A DNA stretch of 64,000 nt from Lepidodermella squamata (Eukaryota > Animalia > Gastrotricha): positions 1 to 64,000 of the forward strand of contig JBLDXI010000055.1 of NCBI GenBank assembly GCA_047495785.1. The letters run 5' to 3'. The notes below the pieces were generated by a model. The model did no database searches, was not told the origin of the DNA, and worked only from the letters and a program-made list of their open reading frames with translations. The number at the start of each line of letters is the position of its first letter. Position 1 is the first letter of the stretch. Below are positions 11,729 to 25,887 of the stretch, one piece after another. Made by a program: the position numbers and the translations under genes.

Positions 11729-14586
11729 ATGGCCGGCGTATCTCTCAGAGCTGAAGAACAAAGACCGCCAGACAATATTTCCGAAAAATGTTTGAAATAT
11801 TTGTTGAGATTTGGACCTGTGCCCAAGCATGTCGCGTTTATAATGGATGGCAATAGGCGATTCGCCAGAAAGGCAGACAAGGACAGATCGTTTGGTCATT
11901 CCCAAGGGTACGGAAAGCTCGAGTCGGTTGGTCATTTTTAATGTAGAATGTCATGACGATTTTGTGGAATTATTCAAGGTGATAGAATGGTGCTCTCAAA
12001 TCGGCGTGCATACCGTGACAACCTACGCATTCAGCATTGAGAATTTCAAGCGTACGACTGAGGAAGTGAATTATCTCATGAATCTAGCCGAGAACAAGGC
12101 AGATTATTTACTGAGAAACAAGTATGTGAGCAGCGTCTGTTTATTCAAGGCATTGAATTTACGCCTACTTGTTATTTTTATTTACTCAACAGAGACCTAC
12201 TGGATAAGTATAAAATATGTGTCATCTTCTCCGGAAACTTGTCTTTTTTGCCGGCATCCTTACGAGAGCAATGCAATAGGCTGATGGAATTGACGCGTGA
12301 CCACTCAGGGTTTGTATCTCTTTCGATTCATGTAACAAAACTGCGTAGCTTTTATCACTAATAATTATGGTAATATTACCATTAAATCTAGTGCTCAGTG
12401 CTCGATGCTGCGTGTATATAAACAACTGTAGTATTGTTTTTTCGGTCTTTATCTAGTGACACTTCTCACGGTTTATTTTTTCCTGTTGTTTCTTTCTACC
12501 AGTGCATTTTCGTGAGATATCGGTGCACACTCGTAAAACGGGCTTTTATTATATACCTACCTGCCAGAGAAATAACACGCGTACGTAGATGATTGGATTA
12601 TCGCATTGATTGATCAACGATCTACCATTAATATCTTATTGGCTTCACCCGGCAGGCAATTTAAGTTAGCTTGTCCTTGGATGCATTACGGCTGCGCAGC
12701 CTGCTGTTTATTTTCTTCTCACAGAAGAATTATTTGCCGGCTGGTTTTTTTTCAATAGTAGTAATACTAGTAATAATATCCGCTGCACTCTTGTTTGTTT
12801 TTATACTGCTCGCGCGACGTTTACTCAGGTATGGCAGCATGATATCATTGCAGACTGCAATAATCTCATCTTTCCGTGTGGTCCGGCTGGTTCCATGTTG
12901 TTATACTAACAACAAGTTTTTGCAACCGGCAAGTGGCACTTTTTGCTGTAGATTAAAGGTCGATAATGAAAAAACGACTTGCTTGATATTATCAGCTAAC
13001 AAAGACCTAACGTGGTTGTTATTATCTTCTGTTTGTTGGTCGTTTGTCGCAGCTGAGATGGCAGCGCTCGTGAATGGCTTCATCATCATCATCATCGAAA
13101 CCCTGGCTCCTAGATAATAGCTGGTTAGGTGTGGAACGAGCATGTGTGTGAAAGAAGCACGTTTTCGCTCCAATGCATACCGGCATAATAATTTGCCTTT
13201 CTTATATCACACTACGTTGAAGTAATATATCAACGCTGGTGGTTCTCCTATAAAAGTGCTACCGTGTGTGTGATTATTGTATTGGCAGCAGCAGCAGCGT
13301 TGACAGGCAAACATAACGCTCTTTAGAGGGCTGAATTTGCATGCTGGTATAGATGATGGTAGAAAAGCGAGCGCTTTCGGTTTCCCGAGGCGGCGTCACC
13401 TTTTTGCACCGTTTAGACATCATGTGTATATATGTATATCAACCTGCTGTGCTGAATGACGTAGTATTGTTTGTACACGTGCCTGCTTTGCTCGCGAACC
13501 ACCGTTTGTATGTTCGTGATTTGCTGCACTTTGACAACGCCTCACATCCAAATTTGCATGCCATTATCCGCAGCCGCAACCGCCGGTAAGGTGGACATCG
13601 CGACACGTCTAAAAGCATCAAATGTCGCCGTTTTTTTCTCGCCCAATTTACGTGCTACTCCAGCACGAAACGCAGAGCTGGACCGTGCCCATTTAATCTA
13701 ATTGTTTTTTTTTCTGTGTATCGTTTACGTATGAATGACCAGTAGCCATTGCCAAAACTTTATTTAACTGTCCATGCCATTTAGTATACTTTGAAATGTA
13801 ATTTTTCCAGCCGCTTAATCAGTGATTGGTGATTTTATTTCTTCGCTTCTGCAGCTAGTTTGAGGAATTTGCGCTGTTCTATCTTATTCATCATTCAGCC
13901 TACATTTTACTCCTTTGGTCAAGCCATTAGGGATGTTTATCCCACCATTTCTTTAAAATCATAATCTTATTGTTTTGCCGGTGCCGGTAGATATTGAAGA
14001 TAGCAATCAGTATGTGATATGATTAGAAAATACTACCACCTTCGAACATGAAAACTTGACTCTCTGCAATTTTAACCCGTTCATCATTCTATTGAATTTT
14101 TGTTGATATCCCCTGAAATATCGCCTCATTTTTTGCAGATTTATTTGCAACATATGTCTGGCGTATACATCGAGCGATGAACTTGCCGCCGTAGCCTCAA
14201 CGATTGCCAGCGATTTGCGTGATCGTAAACTCGAGGCAGATGAAGTAACGCCGCAGCTAATCGACCGGTGTTTAAACACGTCGCCAATGGGCACGGTTCT
14301 ATCACCAGTTGACGTTGTCATCCGGACGTCGGGCGAAGTGCGCCTATCGGATTTCTTGCTATGGCAATCCGGTTTCTCGATGTTTGCATTCGTCGACACG
14401 CTCTGGCCGGATTTTACGTTGTGGGACTTTGCCAAAGTTATTTTCAAATACAAATGGCATTGTTCGACGTTGAACCATATTAAAGACCGTTATTTAATGC
14501 AGTGCCCGGAAAATGATTCGTTATCACGGAATCAGGAAGAGAGTGTTAAGCACTTCTGCCTAAATAGAGCGAGCGCTACTGAATAA
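11729..14586 (+). CDS. DHDDS: Dehydrodolichyl diphosphate synthase (cis-prenyltransferase catalytic subunit)
   Basis: Motifs [33 protein letters not shown] and [16 protein letters not shown]. Exons 11729-11926, 11979-12121, 12193-12309 and 14139-14586. Confidence 0.95.
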
Positions 14587-14725
14587 TACTATTTATTTAC
14601 TCAATCGATTTATTTCTTCATTATCATCACGTCTAGAAGTATTATTATTTGTTTTCTAATGTGGTTGTGGCTTAGCGATCAACGGCCCATCACTCTTAAT
14701 CGACAGCTTCCACTTTCGTAATAAC

Positions 14726-17700
14726 ATGGCAGTGCCTTCTGCTAAACGCGTTTTCCGCCTCTCCTACCCTACGAGTGTCGACGACCCGATCGAGGGCCGC
14801 ACGAAGAGCCCGTCGATTACGGAGGATGGCGGCAGTCGCATTCAACCGATCAGTGAGGTTACCAGCCCGGCTGCTGATGACGAAGCCGGCGATTTCACCG
14901 ACGACGATAGCAGCAGCGTAGAAGACATGCCGCCCTCGAAACCAGTTCCTATGCAACGCTCGGTTTCGCAGAATTCTCATCGACAAAAGACGACTTCCAA
15001 GTCGAAATTACTCGCCATTGATTCGTCGGACGATGAGCACCCGCGTTATCGCGACGACGATGAAGATGAGACGTGGGAAGACGCGGCCGAGGAGGTCTCG
15101 CAAATGCCTCGCCGGGCCAGTCAAACTTCGGTGCAAAATCGCGATCGTGAAAACAGCGTTTTAACCCGATTGCCCATTTTCTCCGGCCATCGACGCAAAA
15201 TCAGCGAAGGTAACTCTTACGGTGTTGCAGCCGGGGGTTATTCAGTCAACCGCCGCGTGTCCATCTACCGGCGATTCCACTCTAGCGTAATCCCTCGACG
15301 TCGTTACTACAAACGAGGTCGAGATCGCAAGAAATCTGAAACTCGTGATTCCGGCCAATCTCAAAGCGGAACCTCCTTAATGGGTTCAGTCGAGTCGCTA
15401 ACGGTCCCGGACGATTTCCGAAATCGCACTGGGTCTAACGGCGAGAATAAAGACTCGATGGATTCGCGGCAGCGTGTTGATTTCCACAATATGGTTGTCC
15501 GAATCGTGAATTCTGTCAACATTGTAGGTGCCAAGTCAAGCAAGGCCGCTGCGGCGATGGCTCAGCAGCAGTTGAATCAACAACAACAGCAAAGCCAGAT
15601 TTTGTTAGGCGACTCGTCTTCCGACCCTTTCAACACGTTGCACTACGAAATTTGGCTTGGCCTGAAATCTTGGCATGCCGGTGTTACCCAGGCCCAGATC
15701 AAAGAAACGCTGACCGTGCAACGCCAGGGTATTGTCGACCGCCTTAAAGAAATTGTCGACTACACGTTTAACCGCCATTTTGAGGAGGAAGATCTCGACG
15801 TGGCTGCGTTGGATGTTTCTCAAGACATGTTGGCCGAGGAGATCCGGGCGCTGGGCGAGGTTAGTCAACTCCTTGAGAAAATATCCGAAATCGAGCAGTT
15901 GTACCCGTCAACGAAAATGTTGGCCCTCGACGTGTCGTACTACACGTTACCGGTGTTTGCGCAGCGCTACCAGGCGTTGTGTTATTGGTACAATCACTGC
16001 TGGACCATGCATCGGCAGCTGCGGATTTTGGCCGGTATTTTTCACATGTCGAAGCAGCAGTCGACGCACGGTGGTATGGCGTCGGCCAAGGAGAGTGCCC
16101 AGATGAACCAGGGCGCGTGGTGGCAGTCTGTTGTCAAGTGGTTGTGCGAAACGGCGGCGTTAAGGCGGCGTGATACTGCCTCGGAAATGTCGGCATCTCA
16201 ACTCGCTAATCTGCAGGGGACGCCTAGCAAGAAAATAGTGCCAGTTTCTATGTCCGTGCCCGGTTCGACCACTGAGTCGCCCGGCGACCAGGCGAACACC
16301 CTGTCGCCGGACAGTGCGAATAACACCAGTCCCGAATCTCCCACTCGGAAAAGATCATCGCCCGCGCTGTTTGTTCGCCAGCTGTCAGCCTCCACTTATC
16401 GCGCCTTTGTTGAGAAGTTGCTGAAGAAAACTGCTGTTTCGAAATTGCAGAAGCGGTTGCAAGATCTCGTGAGGAACACGCCGGCGCGGGTTAAGCGGAT
16501 CTCGCGGCAAGCGTCGACCGACGACGAGCTCGAGGAACAATCAACCATGCACCAGGCCGATTTGGCCGCCATCCGCTACTCAATGGCCACTGCCATGGCT
16601 GCTGCAGCCACCAATTCACACAGCGACGCTCAGGTAAATAATCTACCTTAAAACAAAATTCATGAGTATCGTTTGTCATTCTAACTGCGAATAGCCTAAA
16701 TTAACAGCGTTTTCAATGCAAATTAATCCAGAAAGTAATTCAACCTCGAGCATGCTGTTGAATGAATGAACGACATCCGTACCAGTTAATTTTGTGGACT
16801 CGTTCCGACCCAATTAAAATATGTCTGTTCTAGGTCATTTCAAATTCTATGCATTGATTTTCTCGTTGGATCGATATAGCTTTTAGATTTAGTCTTATCG
16901 CAAGACCCGAAATTGATTTCTTTTTAAGATTAGCCATCATTAGGCGCAGTACCTTGGATTCAAGACAATCTTAGTTTTTTATCCACTTGTATTGAAAAAA
17001 TAAGGCTGCCCTAAATTTATTGTTCCAGAACTAATTTTGACGCTTGTATACGAATTTTTTTATGTCCGCAATTTTGAGGACAGTCTGGGACGTTCTTCTA
17101 AATGGCATATTTCATAGTTACCAGATTGCTAAACTGCGAATTTTCAGGGTCACTGGGTGAATTATTATTGATTACGAAGGGAAATGTCGAAAAATGTCAG
17201 ATTTAGCGCTGGAACCCTAATTACAGTGGTGCAACGCTATAGATCGAGAAAAATTCGTTTTATGAAATTTTGATTATTTTGTTTGTCAATAGGGTGTCTC
17301 TACTGGTGGAGCTGGTAGTACTCCCGGTCCGGTGACGAGCACGCCTGCCGAGAGTGGTCGGCGGCCGAATGTGGTGCTAACTCATCAGGTGTCGTTCGCC
17401 GACGACCGCATCATGCACGACGAGATCGCGCGCATCGGGCTGCCGTCGCTCAAAACTACCTACCTCTTCTTGGCGCGCGTGCCTCTCGACGTCATCCACG
17501 AATGCGTCCGTTTCCGCCTCGAACAGTACTTGCCATGCGAGCGGCCGTCAGAGCTTTCAATCCGCCAGTTGCTGAAGGAGTGCAAGGAGGTGCTGCTCGG
17601 CGCTGTGCGGGCCATCGACCAGTACCAACGCCTCGTCCTGCCCCTGCTCGGCGACTCGTCGCAATACAACGACATTCAGCGAATTCTCAGCCTCGAACGC

Positions 17701-20700
17701 TTCTACTCAGACATCCACCAGCTACTCGAGATCTACTTCAAATACCTGAGCCAAATGCTGGACTACCTGGCGGAAAGCGGCGGGTCAGAAGCGGCTGTTC
17801 TCGTCAAAAAAGTGCTATCTGACGAGTGGATCTTCATCCGCCGCATCGTCCCGTTCATCGCCGGTGCCGAGGCTGAGGCTTGTTCCAAATTCTGCCTTCT
17901 CGCCGTTAACATGCTGCACTCGATCGCCGATTTCATGGGCGATGAGGTCGAGCAGTGTTTACGCACCCTCGCCGACCCTACCTTCCAAAGCGTCGACTCG
18001 GCCGAGTTACCAGCCCTGCCCAACCCTTCGACATCATCTACCGAGGTCAAAGACGAAGAAGTCGAGGAAGAGGAGGAGGAGGAGGAAGACGACGAAGAAG
18101 AGGTCGAAGGCGAAGAAGGTGAGGAGGGCGAGAATGAAGAGACAATCACAATAGTCGCAGTTCGAACCCGGTCACCGAAACAACGGCTACTCCACGCCTA
18201 CCGAACTTTCAAAACGTTGTTCCGCGAATGCCGCGACCGATCACTCAGCGCTGCTTATTTCATGCGCCATTTGCGCAAAGACGTCGAAAACACGACCCAC
18301 TACACGGCGTCGGTTGAAATGAGCGAATTAATCGCGAGGCTGGAATGCCACAGCTTCGTCATGGTCTCTACGCCGTTCAACTCAAATAGCGATTTTTGCG
18401 CATTCGTCCCCGCTCATTTGCGGCACAAGCCGAATGAAGTCGTCAAGTTGTTCAACGTTTTGTGCGGAAACACTGCCAGTTATTCGCAATCTTCCGACGG
18501 CTATCTATTGCTGATTGCTGTCAGCCACGAGTCTCTAGCGACGTGGAAAGGCAACACGATGACAGTCTCACTGCCGGTGCAAACTCTGATTGCCCTGTCG
18601 CAAATTCGTGTCGATGGCCTGTTCCTCGTTGCGTCGAACTTGGCTCAACAGCAGTTGAAGTTCTACCGACGGTTGGGTCACTTCGTTTCGATTCATTGTG
18701 AACAAACTTCGCCGCATCAAGATGTGGCTGATTGCTTGCGGCAAATGAAGTCGGAGTGTTTGATCCTCGTAGACCGTATCATGGCGACAATCGATGAAAT
18801 GACCAAGACTCTGATGAATGTGATTCAGGTAATTAATTTGAACACTTTTTCTTAAGAATTGATTTATTAACGGCGGAATTTTCGTTTCGGAAGATAAAAA
18901 CATACTATGCACATCTCGAAATTTGAAGTCTTTAAGGTGAAAATTGGTCTCTAGTTTTTTTTAAAGTTTCAGACTGAAAATTTGAATGAACTCTTTGAAT
19001 ATTTTTAAAATCGAAACCCCGATCGAAAAGTGGCTTTTCTGAGCTTATTATTCGAATTTGTGTTTCATGTCCCATTTTAATTTTCAAAATTTGAAATTAT
19101 AAATGATATTTTAATCGCTTTTGACAATTAGCTAAGAATTATATTTCGACTATATTATTTGTCATATATGATATCATTTGATAGCCCTTCTCACCCGGTA
19201 CTAGTTAGGTTTATTTCGAAATTAAGAATTTTAAGGAGGATTTTTTATCTTGATTTTCTAATCATTTTTGGATTTTTAGGACTTGCAAACCGAAATTCGA
19301 CCTGATGAACTTCTCGACATCCGGACTCTTCTCGCGAAAACACTTCACCACTGTTTCGTGTTCGGTTTCGACTACGTTCGCGCCATCATCCATCTCATGT
19401 CCGGTCCTCTACGGCGGCAGCATTCTCAAGCCGCCGTTTCCCTAGCAATTAAATGGATGGACTTCGTTGTCAAGAACACGCCAAGAGGCCGTGGCACGAA
19501 GCCGTCGTGGGCGACTCAGGGCCTCGAGTTCATCACGTGGGCGACTGAGACAAACGTGACGAGCCAGTTGGACCAGCAGACTTTCAGTTCTTTCAAAGAC
19601 CGCGTGCAGATGTGCATTATCCACATTGTGGGCGGTTCGGTGATTCGGTGTCTGCCCGAGGGCCGTATCGTCATCAATCGCAGCGCCAGTTACCAGTCGC
19701 TTTCTTCCGGTACCCATCCTAGCTATTCAAGTCAAGATTCGCTGACTGCCTCGACGGGTGCCGCGATTGCTCAGTCGCTGGGCCTGGGCACCGCTCAACA
19801 ACCCCGCCTATCACGGCCGCCCTCGTCAGGATTCCTCAGAATGACTGACAAACCGGTGGAACGGGTAAGGCGAGCCGTGGTCCAGCTCGACAACAAACGC
19901 GAGACCATGCTGCGGAAGGGCAGATTCGTCGGTCACGTGACCAATGTCCGGCCTGTTGATGAAGACATTCATCAGTTCATCAAAAAAGTCAACTTCCGTT
20001 GGCAGAAGGGCATCAAAATCGGCGCTGGCCAGTGGAAAGTGTACACCGCCGTCAACTTGGACACGGGCCAGTTGATGGCGATGAAGAAAATCACGCTGCA
20101 ACCAAATGCTCACCAGCAACTTCGCGCGATTGCCGACGAGATTCAAAATCTCGAGTCGATCAAACACGAAAGCTTGGTTCGTTATTTCGGCGTCGAGTTG
20201 CACACCAACGAACTGTTGATCTTCATGGAATACTGCCCTGGCGGGTCACTGGCCGAGGCGTGTCGCGCCGGGCTGGATGAACCGACTGTTCGCCGTTACA
20301 CCCGGAAAATTTTGATCGCCCTCTCGGTCTTGCACGACAACGGTATTGTCCATCGTGATATTAAGGCGGCGAACATTTTCCTAACCGCCGACGGTTCGGT
20401 TAAGGTGGGCGATTTCGGCTGCGCGGTGAAATTGCAACAAACGGTGACAACTGCCGGCGACATGCCGAACATGGCTGGTACGATTGCTTACATGTCCCCT
20501 GAGGTGATTCGCAATGAACAGGGCAAAATCGGTCGTGCGACCGATATTTGGGCGCTTGGCTGTGTTGTCATCGAAATGGTTCAAGGGCAACCACCGTGGC
20601 ACGAGTTGGAGAATCAATATCAAATCATGTACAAGGTAAATGAGTCCATATAGGAATTTGAATCGTTTTTATATTGGTTTTTCTTTCAGATTGGAATGGG

Positions 20701-20842
20701 TTGCAAGCCCACAATTCCGACGCAGCTTTCGGCTGAAGGTCACGACTTCTTGCGCAAATGTTTTCACGAGGATCCTAGGCTTCGCGCATCAGCTCAGGCG
20801 TTATTAGAGCACCCTTTCGTCAAAGTATCAATAGACGAGTAG
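14726..20842 (+). CDS. MAP3K4: MAP kinase kinase kinase 4 (MEKK4/MTK1)
   Basis: Exons 14726-16633, 17293-18828, 19280-20635 and 20690-20842 join in frame. MEKK4-specific regions (IWLGLKSWHAG, RGRGTKPSWATQGLEF) precede a C-terminal kinase domain with AMK, HRDIKAANIF, DFG and SPE. Confidence 0.93.
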
Positions 20843-22615
20843 TCGAGCTATATACAATACTTCTACACGAAACAGCACATCAAAAATTAAAATCGGCACT
20901 ATTATCTTTTTAACCACTGTCTGCATGTTGCCTTGAATGTTCAGCCTTGAGCACTCATGTTTATAGCTAAATTAGCCATGAAATGAACCAGGATTTTATG
21001 TTTCATCATACTCTAACCGCCTTCTGTCACAAGCACTAATAATTTTATAAAACTGATCATTTAATTTCTTACTCGTTGTATGGCGTAGCTTTTGGCGTTT
21101 AACATGAAGACATCTAGCTCTGTTCTTTACTTGGTTCTTTTCAGTCAGGAAGCTTTCAACAGCGATAATATGATGACCGCACTATTTTGTGTACTTGTTG
21201 CGTTTTGCTACATCGCCTCTCTTCGCCTTTCTGTGAGTTCCTCCTATTCCGTAACCATAACCGTTGTTCTTAAGTAGAACGAAATTGCTAGAAAATCTTT
21301 AATGAGAATGTTGTGATCGAAATCAAATATTTTGCACGTTGCCTTTTTAATTGTGTTAAGTAAAATTTTACTACTTGATTTAGGTCTTCCGTTGATTTTC
21401 TATTTGCGCGATTGTTTGAATTTCTCGTATCGAAAATTATTGGCGAACATCTATGAGAAAGATAAATCCGGTGGTATCTTTTGCTCTGTAATCTATTATT
21501 ATTACAACTAATATCAAATCCTCGACGGTTATTTTGCTAAAAACTGGAAATAATAATATTATGAAATTATGTATCGATGTGGTCTGTGGCGATTTGCTGT
21601 TCACATGAAACCTTCCGTTCGCATGTTTATGCATTCATGGGATTCGAGGAAGAAACCAAAATTTTGAAACGCAAAATATGCATGGCTAATGTGGGCAACA
21701 AGTTGAAATTGAATCAGTCAAGTTCAAAACTTGCAATTTCTGAGCGAGGATGAAAAATGTCCTCAATATGGTATAAAAAATGTCATCACTGAAATTTATC
21801 ACTAGTATTCGTTTGTTCATTGTCTGTCTTTTTCAGTCAAATATATCGCAAAAATATATAAAAATCTATTTAATTTTCTTTTCTCGTTTGTCCTATTTTT
21901 CGGTGATTAATTATTATCATTATTATTATTGAAAAATGTGCTTAAGATTCTATCACTGTGTACATTTATTGTTATAAATAATAATTTCGTCTCTATTGTA
22001 AAACTTGAAGATATAAGAAAGCTGCGTTTCATAGAAAAAAATTCTCAAAAAATGTGAAAAAATAGCGATGACGAACGAAATGCTTTTATCATAATTTCTC
22101 TCTTCTTCTCTTCTCTCTTTTCGTTACTTGCTCGCTCTGCCTTGTTATCGAAGCCACTTGACCGCAACTGAGCTCGAATGCTACGCGCTCACACGTCACA
22201 AATATTTATATGAAAATGGGAAATGGCGGCGACTCCGATGGACTGTATTGCTCGATAAACTGAGCTTGGCAAAGCGTTGTTTGCATCTCTACGAAGGTTG
22301 AAAACCGTCTGGAAAAATTGCCGGATCAAAGACTGTTTCCGAAGTGAAGGAAATGACGACACGTTGTCAATTAGACTTTGCGCAAAAAATAAAGTGATAC
22401 GTGTAATAAACGAACTTGTTTTACTTCTCCGCGTTTTTCTACTAAAATATCATGCACTATAAGGTGAACCACAACCGTAATATTGAACAAAAATAGATCT
22501 AAGAGCAAGCACCGTGGAATTATTCAGATCAGTCATTTTTAGGCAGACTAATAAAATCATCAGTAGGCCAATCTCGGATTAGATCATCGATTTGAGATCA
22601 TAAATAACTCAATCT

Positions 22616-25429
22616 CTAACGCAGTCTTGGAATTATGTTCATAAGCATGCCGTCATTTGGACGAAGAGGCAACGTCGCTGTAACTGGTGTATCCGGATGG
22701 TCGATGGCCGAGCTCCATACCGCCTCCTCTGCAGCTGTTGAATCAAAAGAGGCAGACGAACCTAATCGAATGCAACCCAATGTGGTTTTCACTGTACCGC
22801 CAGATAGCGAGCCCGATAACAAGCCACCGCTTTTTCCTTTATTTACTACAAGAAGTTCCAAACACCGGCCTCCTGTAAGCTGGGAGCCTAGTAAGTCAGC
22901 CAAGCACAGTTGTCGGCTGGCTTCTGGCCATTCCAACATCGAATGAATGCCGCCTTGCTGAACGTGATAGGCCAATTTCGCATTTCCATCTTCGGCCAGC
23001 GGGATTGTTTTCGTTTTGGCCGTGTCTGTTTTAATCGGCAAAAGAGTCCTATAAAAAAATTGAAACGCTTTCAAAATGGATCTTGAACCAAAAGGTATTG
23101 CTCTAACGTTTTGCAATAAATTTGAAACTTTTTAAGACCGTCGGGTAGAAGTAAACTGGATATGTGATGAATCTGAAGGCACAAGTGATCGCAGTTAAGA
23201 GCGCGCTTTGGAGCGAGTTTGTGTTGCAGAGCTTTGTTTGTGACCAGTTGATTTATCGTCCTCGCAGAATGCAACGTCAGAGTAAATGTTATCTGGCCGG
23301 TCGCGTGAACTAGCGGGAATTCGACCAGCTGAAAGTAATACAAAAACAACAAGGTAGGTTGAAAATAGCGATAAGAATAAGGCGGCCATACAGATTTGTA
23401 GAGCGGTACCGGTCGTTCGCCAGAGCCCAGTCTCATTAGCTCATTGAAGGTGTAACTCGCCTCACCGAGCAGAGCACGTTTCACATTGGAGCGGCCGTCG
23501 TTAGCAGCTGGGCCTGTTCCGAGAAAATTCGGCTTAAGCAGCCACAGAGAAATGTGAACTTGGAGGCCTGATGTATCGTCATTATGAACCGGTAGCTGCG
23601 TGATGAAAATGATAATATAAAAGACGGATGACAAAAGCATTAAATCCAAACCATAATTTCAAGGCCTAGCCGGTCATTTTTTCGAGACAATTGCGCTGAC
23701 TTGGACAACGCGATGCAAGCGTTTTCTCGTGGTAGCAAACAGGCAACAAATTGGCTACATAAACCGAACAGTTGTCGATGATAAGGACACCAGCGGTATT
23801 ATGCTTACCAAATTTGAGATGTCGCAATATCAATCACGGTTCCGACTAGGGCACAATCGTCAAAAATCAATCGAAGCACGCCGCCGCCATTTTTTGACCG
23901 GCCGTCAAAGATTGCGCGGAGACGAGTTTGGATAGCGATTTCGCGAACTGGAGAGGATGGCTATAATAATAATTGATAAAGGCCGTTATATAACATGAAT
24001 TAACATACTTCATCATTTGACGGTCTCTTGTAAGCAAATTTTCCGGTTCTTAGCTCACTCTGTGACTGCCCAGTAGTTCTATTTGCCAAAATCGACGCTA
24101 CAAATATATTCTTATGAGCATCACTTATCACAGAACACCATCTAACTTGCATTTTATCATCATCAAGCGAGTTGGCGTTGCGTTTCTGTTATTGCAGATT
24201 ATTTGCAAGCAATAGCTATGTTATGCATACTCATGTGCATCACACGAAAGACAAACCGTTGCTGAATCTGCGCCTCGAAGGTCTGCGAGTGCGACTTCCT
24301 CGGGCGAGATTTGGCTGGGAAGCTGACAGCGGATTCCCAGCTTCAGAACTTTCATATCCCGAATATTCGCTGGCTTCGGGATAGACATCGTGTGTGCTTA
24401 AACAGTTTCGACTGCGATATCTCGGCGTACCGGCAGCTGAACTACCCATGCTCACGTTATCAGTTGATGCAACCCAAGAGTCATAAGGTTGTGCATCTGC
24501 AAAGCGCGTGAATATTTTCGTTAGCATTAATTTATGTTAATCGTTAAATTCAGCTAAATATTACAACTTGGAAAGCACTATGTAAAAATTGAACCTTTTT
24601 CCAACTGATCGTTGCTTGGATGGTTTGATTGGATAGGCGACATATTGACAGCTTGACTTGGTTTGCGTACCCGAACAACTGGAGGCTCGAAAAACACAGG
24701 GCCCGTCTTAGGCCTGAAAGTCCATGGAAACTCGGTTTCGGGCGCTTAAAATAAAATATAAAATAATTGATCAAAATACGGTATATTAATATTACAAATA
24801 GGCAGCCTTTGAGGTGACTTGACCCTATTGTGTATTGCGCCGACAATTGGAGCACTGGCCAAAGATGCCATGCTGCCGGTGGAGCTTGGTTGGTTGCTGG
24901 CGTTCAGAGAAAACGATGAAAAGCTGGATTTGGGAAAATAACGATTGAGCCATTCACCGCTAAAAACATCAAATGTTCTAGGAAACAGTAGAAATCATTT
25001 GAAATCAAGAAAACATAAATAAAACAGCCAACCTCTGTTTTGCACAGAGCGAGCAAAGCCAATATGTGCTGCCATTTTTGTGTTGATAAGTAACTCTGCA
25101 TCTCGAGCATATCACATTCTTGCACCTTGGGCAACGATCTCCGGCGAAGCAAATTGCAATTGATGTGCGGCATCTCATACATGACTTCGTATAATCAACG
25201 TTAGCAACTATGGCACTCGCTTGCTTCAAGCCGAGAATTTCTGATCGCAATGGCCTGTATTTAAAATTGTATATGTCAGATACAGAAAGAATAATTCAAC
25301 AAACAGGAGGCGCTTTCGATGATTGTCCAACATTATAAGATTCCGAGTTACCACTTTTGAGATAGCATCTTTTTCCTCTTTGGAAAGATCATTAGGGCAG
25401 AACTTCAATATTTCGCCAACGTTCAACAT
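22616..25429 (-). CDS. Synaptotagmin-like (Slp4/Slp5-type) Rab effector: SHD, Zn finger and degenerate tandem C2 domains
   Basis: The first exon reads DLSKEEKDAISKVVTRN (SHD1), then CMRC..CPRC..CSRC..WLCSLC (FYVE_2-type Zn finger) and SGEW (SHD2). The C-terminus LGCIRLG...DSTAAEEAVWSS...TLPLR matches the Slp C2B end. Internal exons are only partly resolved. Confidence 0.75.
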
Positions 25430-25887
25430 TATGCGGATGAACTCCTAGTTGAAAAATACAGACTTTATTTTCTTCCAACGAAAACAGGATCCATGCACAA
25501 TGCACAGCCTTGGTCATGAGGCGAGCCCTAATCACATGCATTACAAAATTACAGCTTACAGGTCTAATGGAGGATAAGGCCATAATTCTAACGTAATTCT
25601 AAGCAACATGCAGCACCTAGAGTACTGACAACCTGGCCCGCATGTGCGTTCAACAGGTGTCAAGAACTTGGCTCACGCGTGAAGGAAAACAGCTGAGCGA
25701 AAAACTGAAACCCTACCTGTTGCGTAAAAAAATAAGCCAAATGCTCAGTTCGATAAATAAAAATATTACAAAAATATTTTATTATTTATAGGTGTGAAAA
25801 ACAAAAAATCGAAATAAAAGAAGCGTTCCTCGGTTGCCGCAAACAGTGTCGCAAACAGTGTCACATCTGCTGAAGCAAGGAGCAAGG

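Noticed and set aside
12671-13701. ORFs inside the DHDDS intron (148 aa hydrophobic, 90 aa poly-Met, etc.)
   Set aside because: They show no recognisable motifs and their composition reflects simple-sequence non-coding DNA.
17004-17086. Possible tiny Tc1/mariner-type MITE in MAP3K4 intron 1 (GGCTGCCCTAAAT...ATTTTGAGGACAGTC)
   Set aside because: The inverted repeats are too degenerate and there is no clear TA target duplication.
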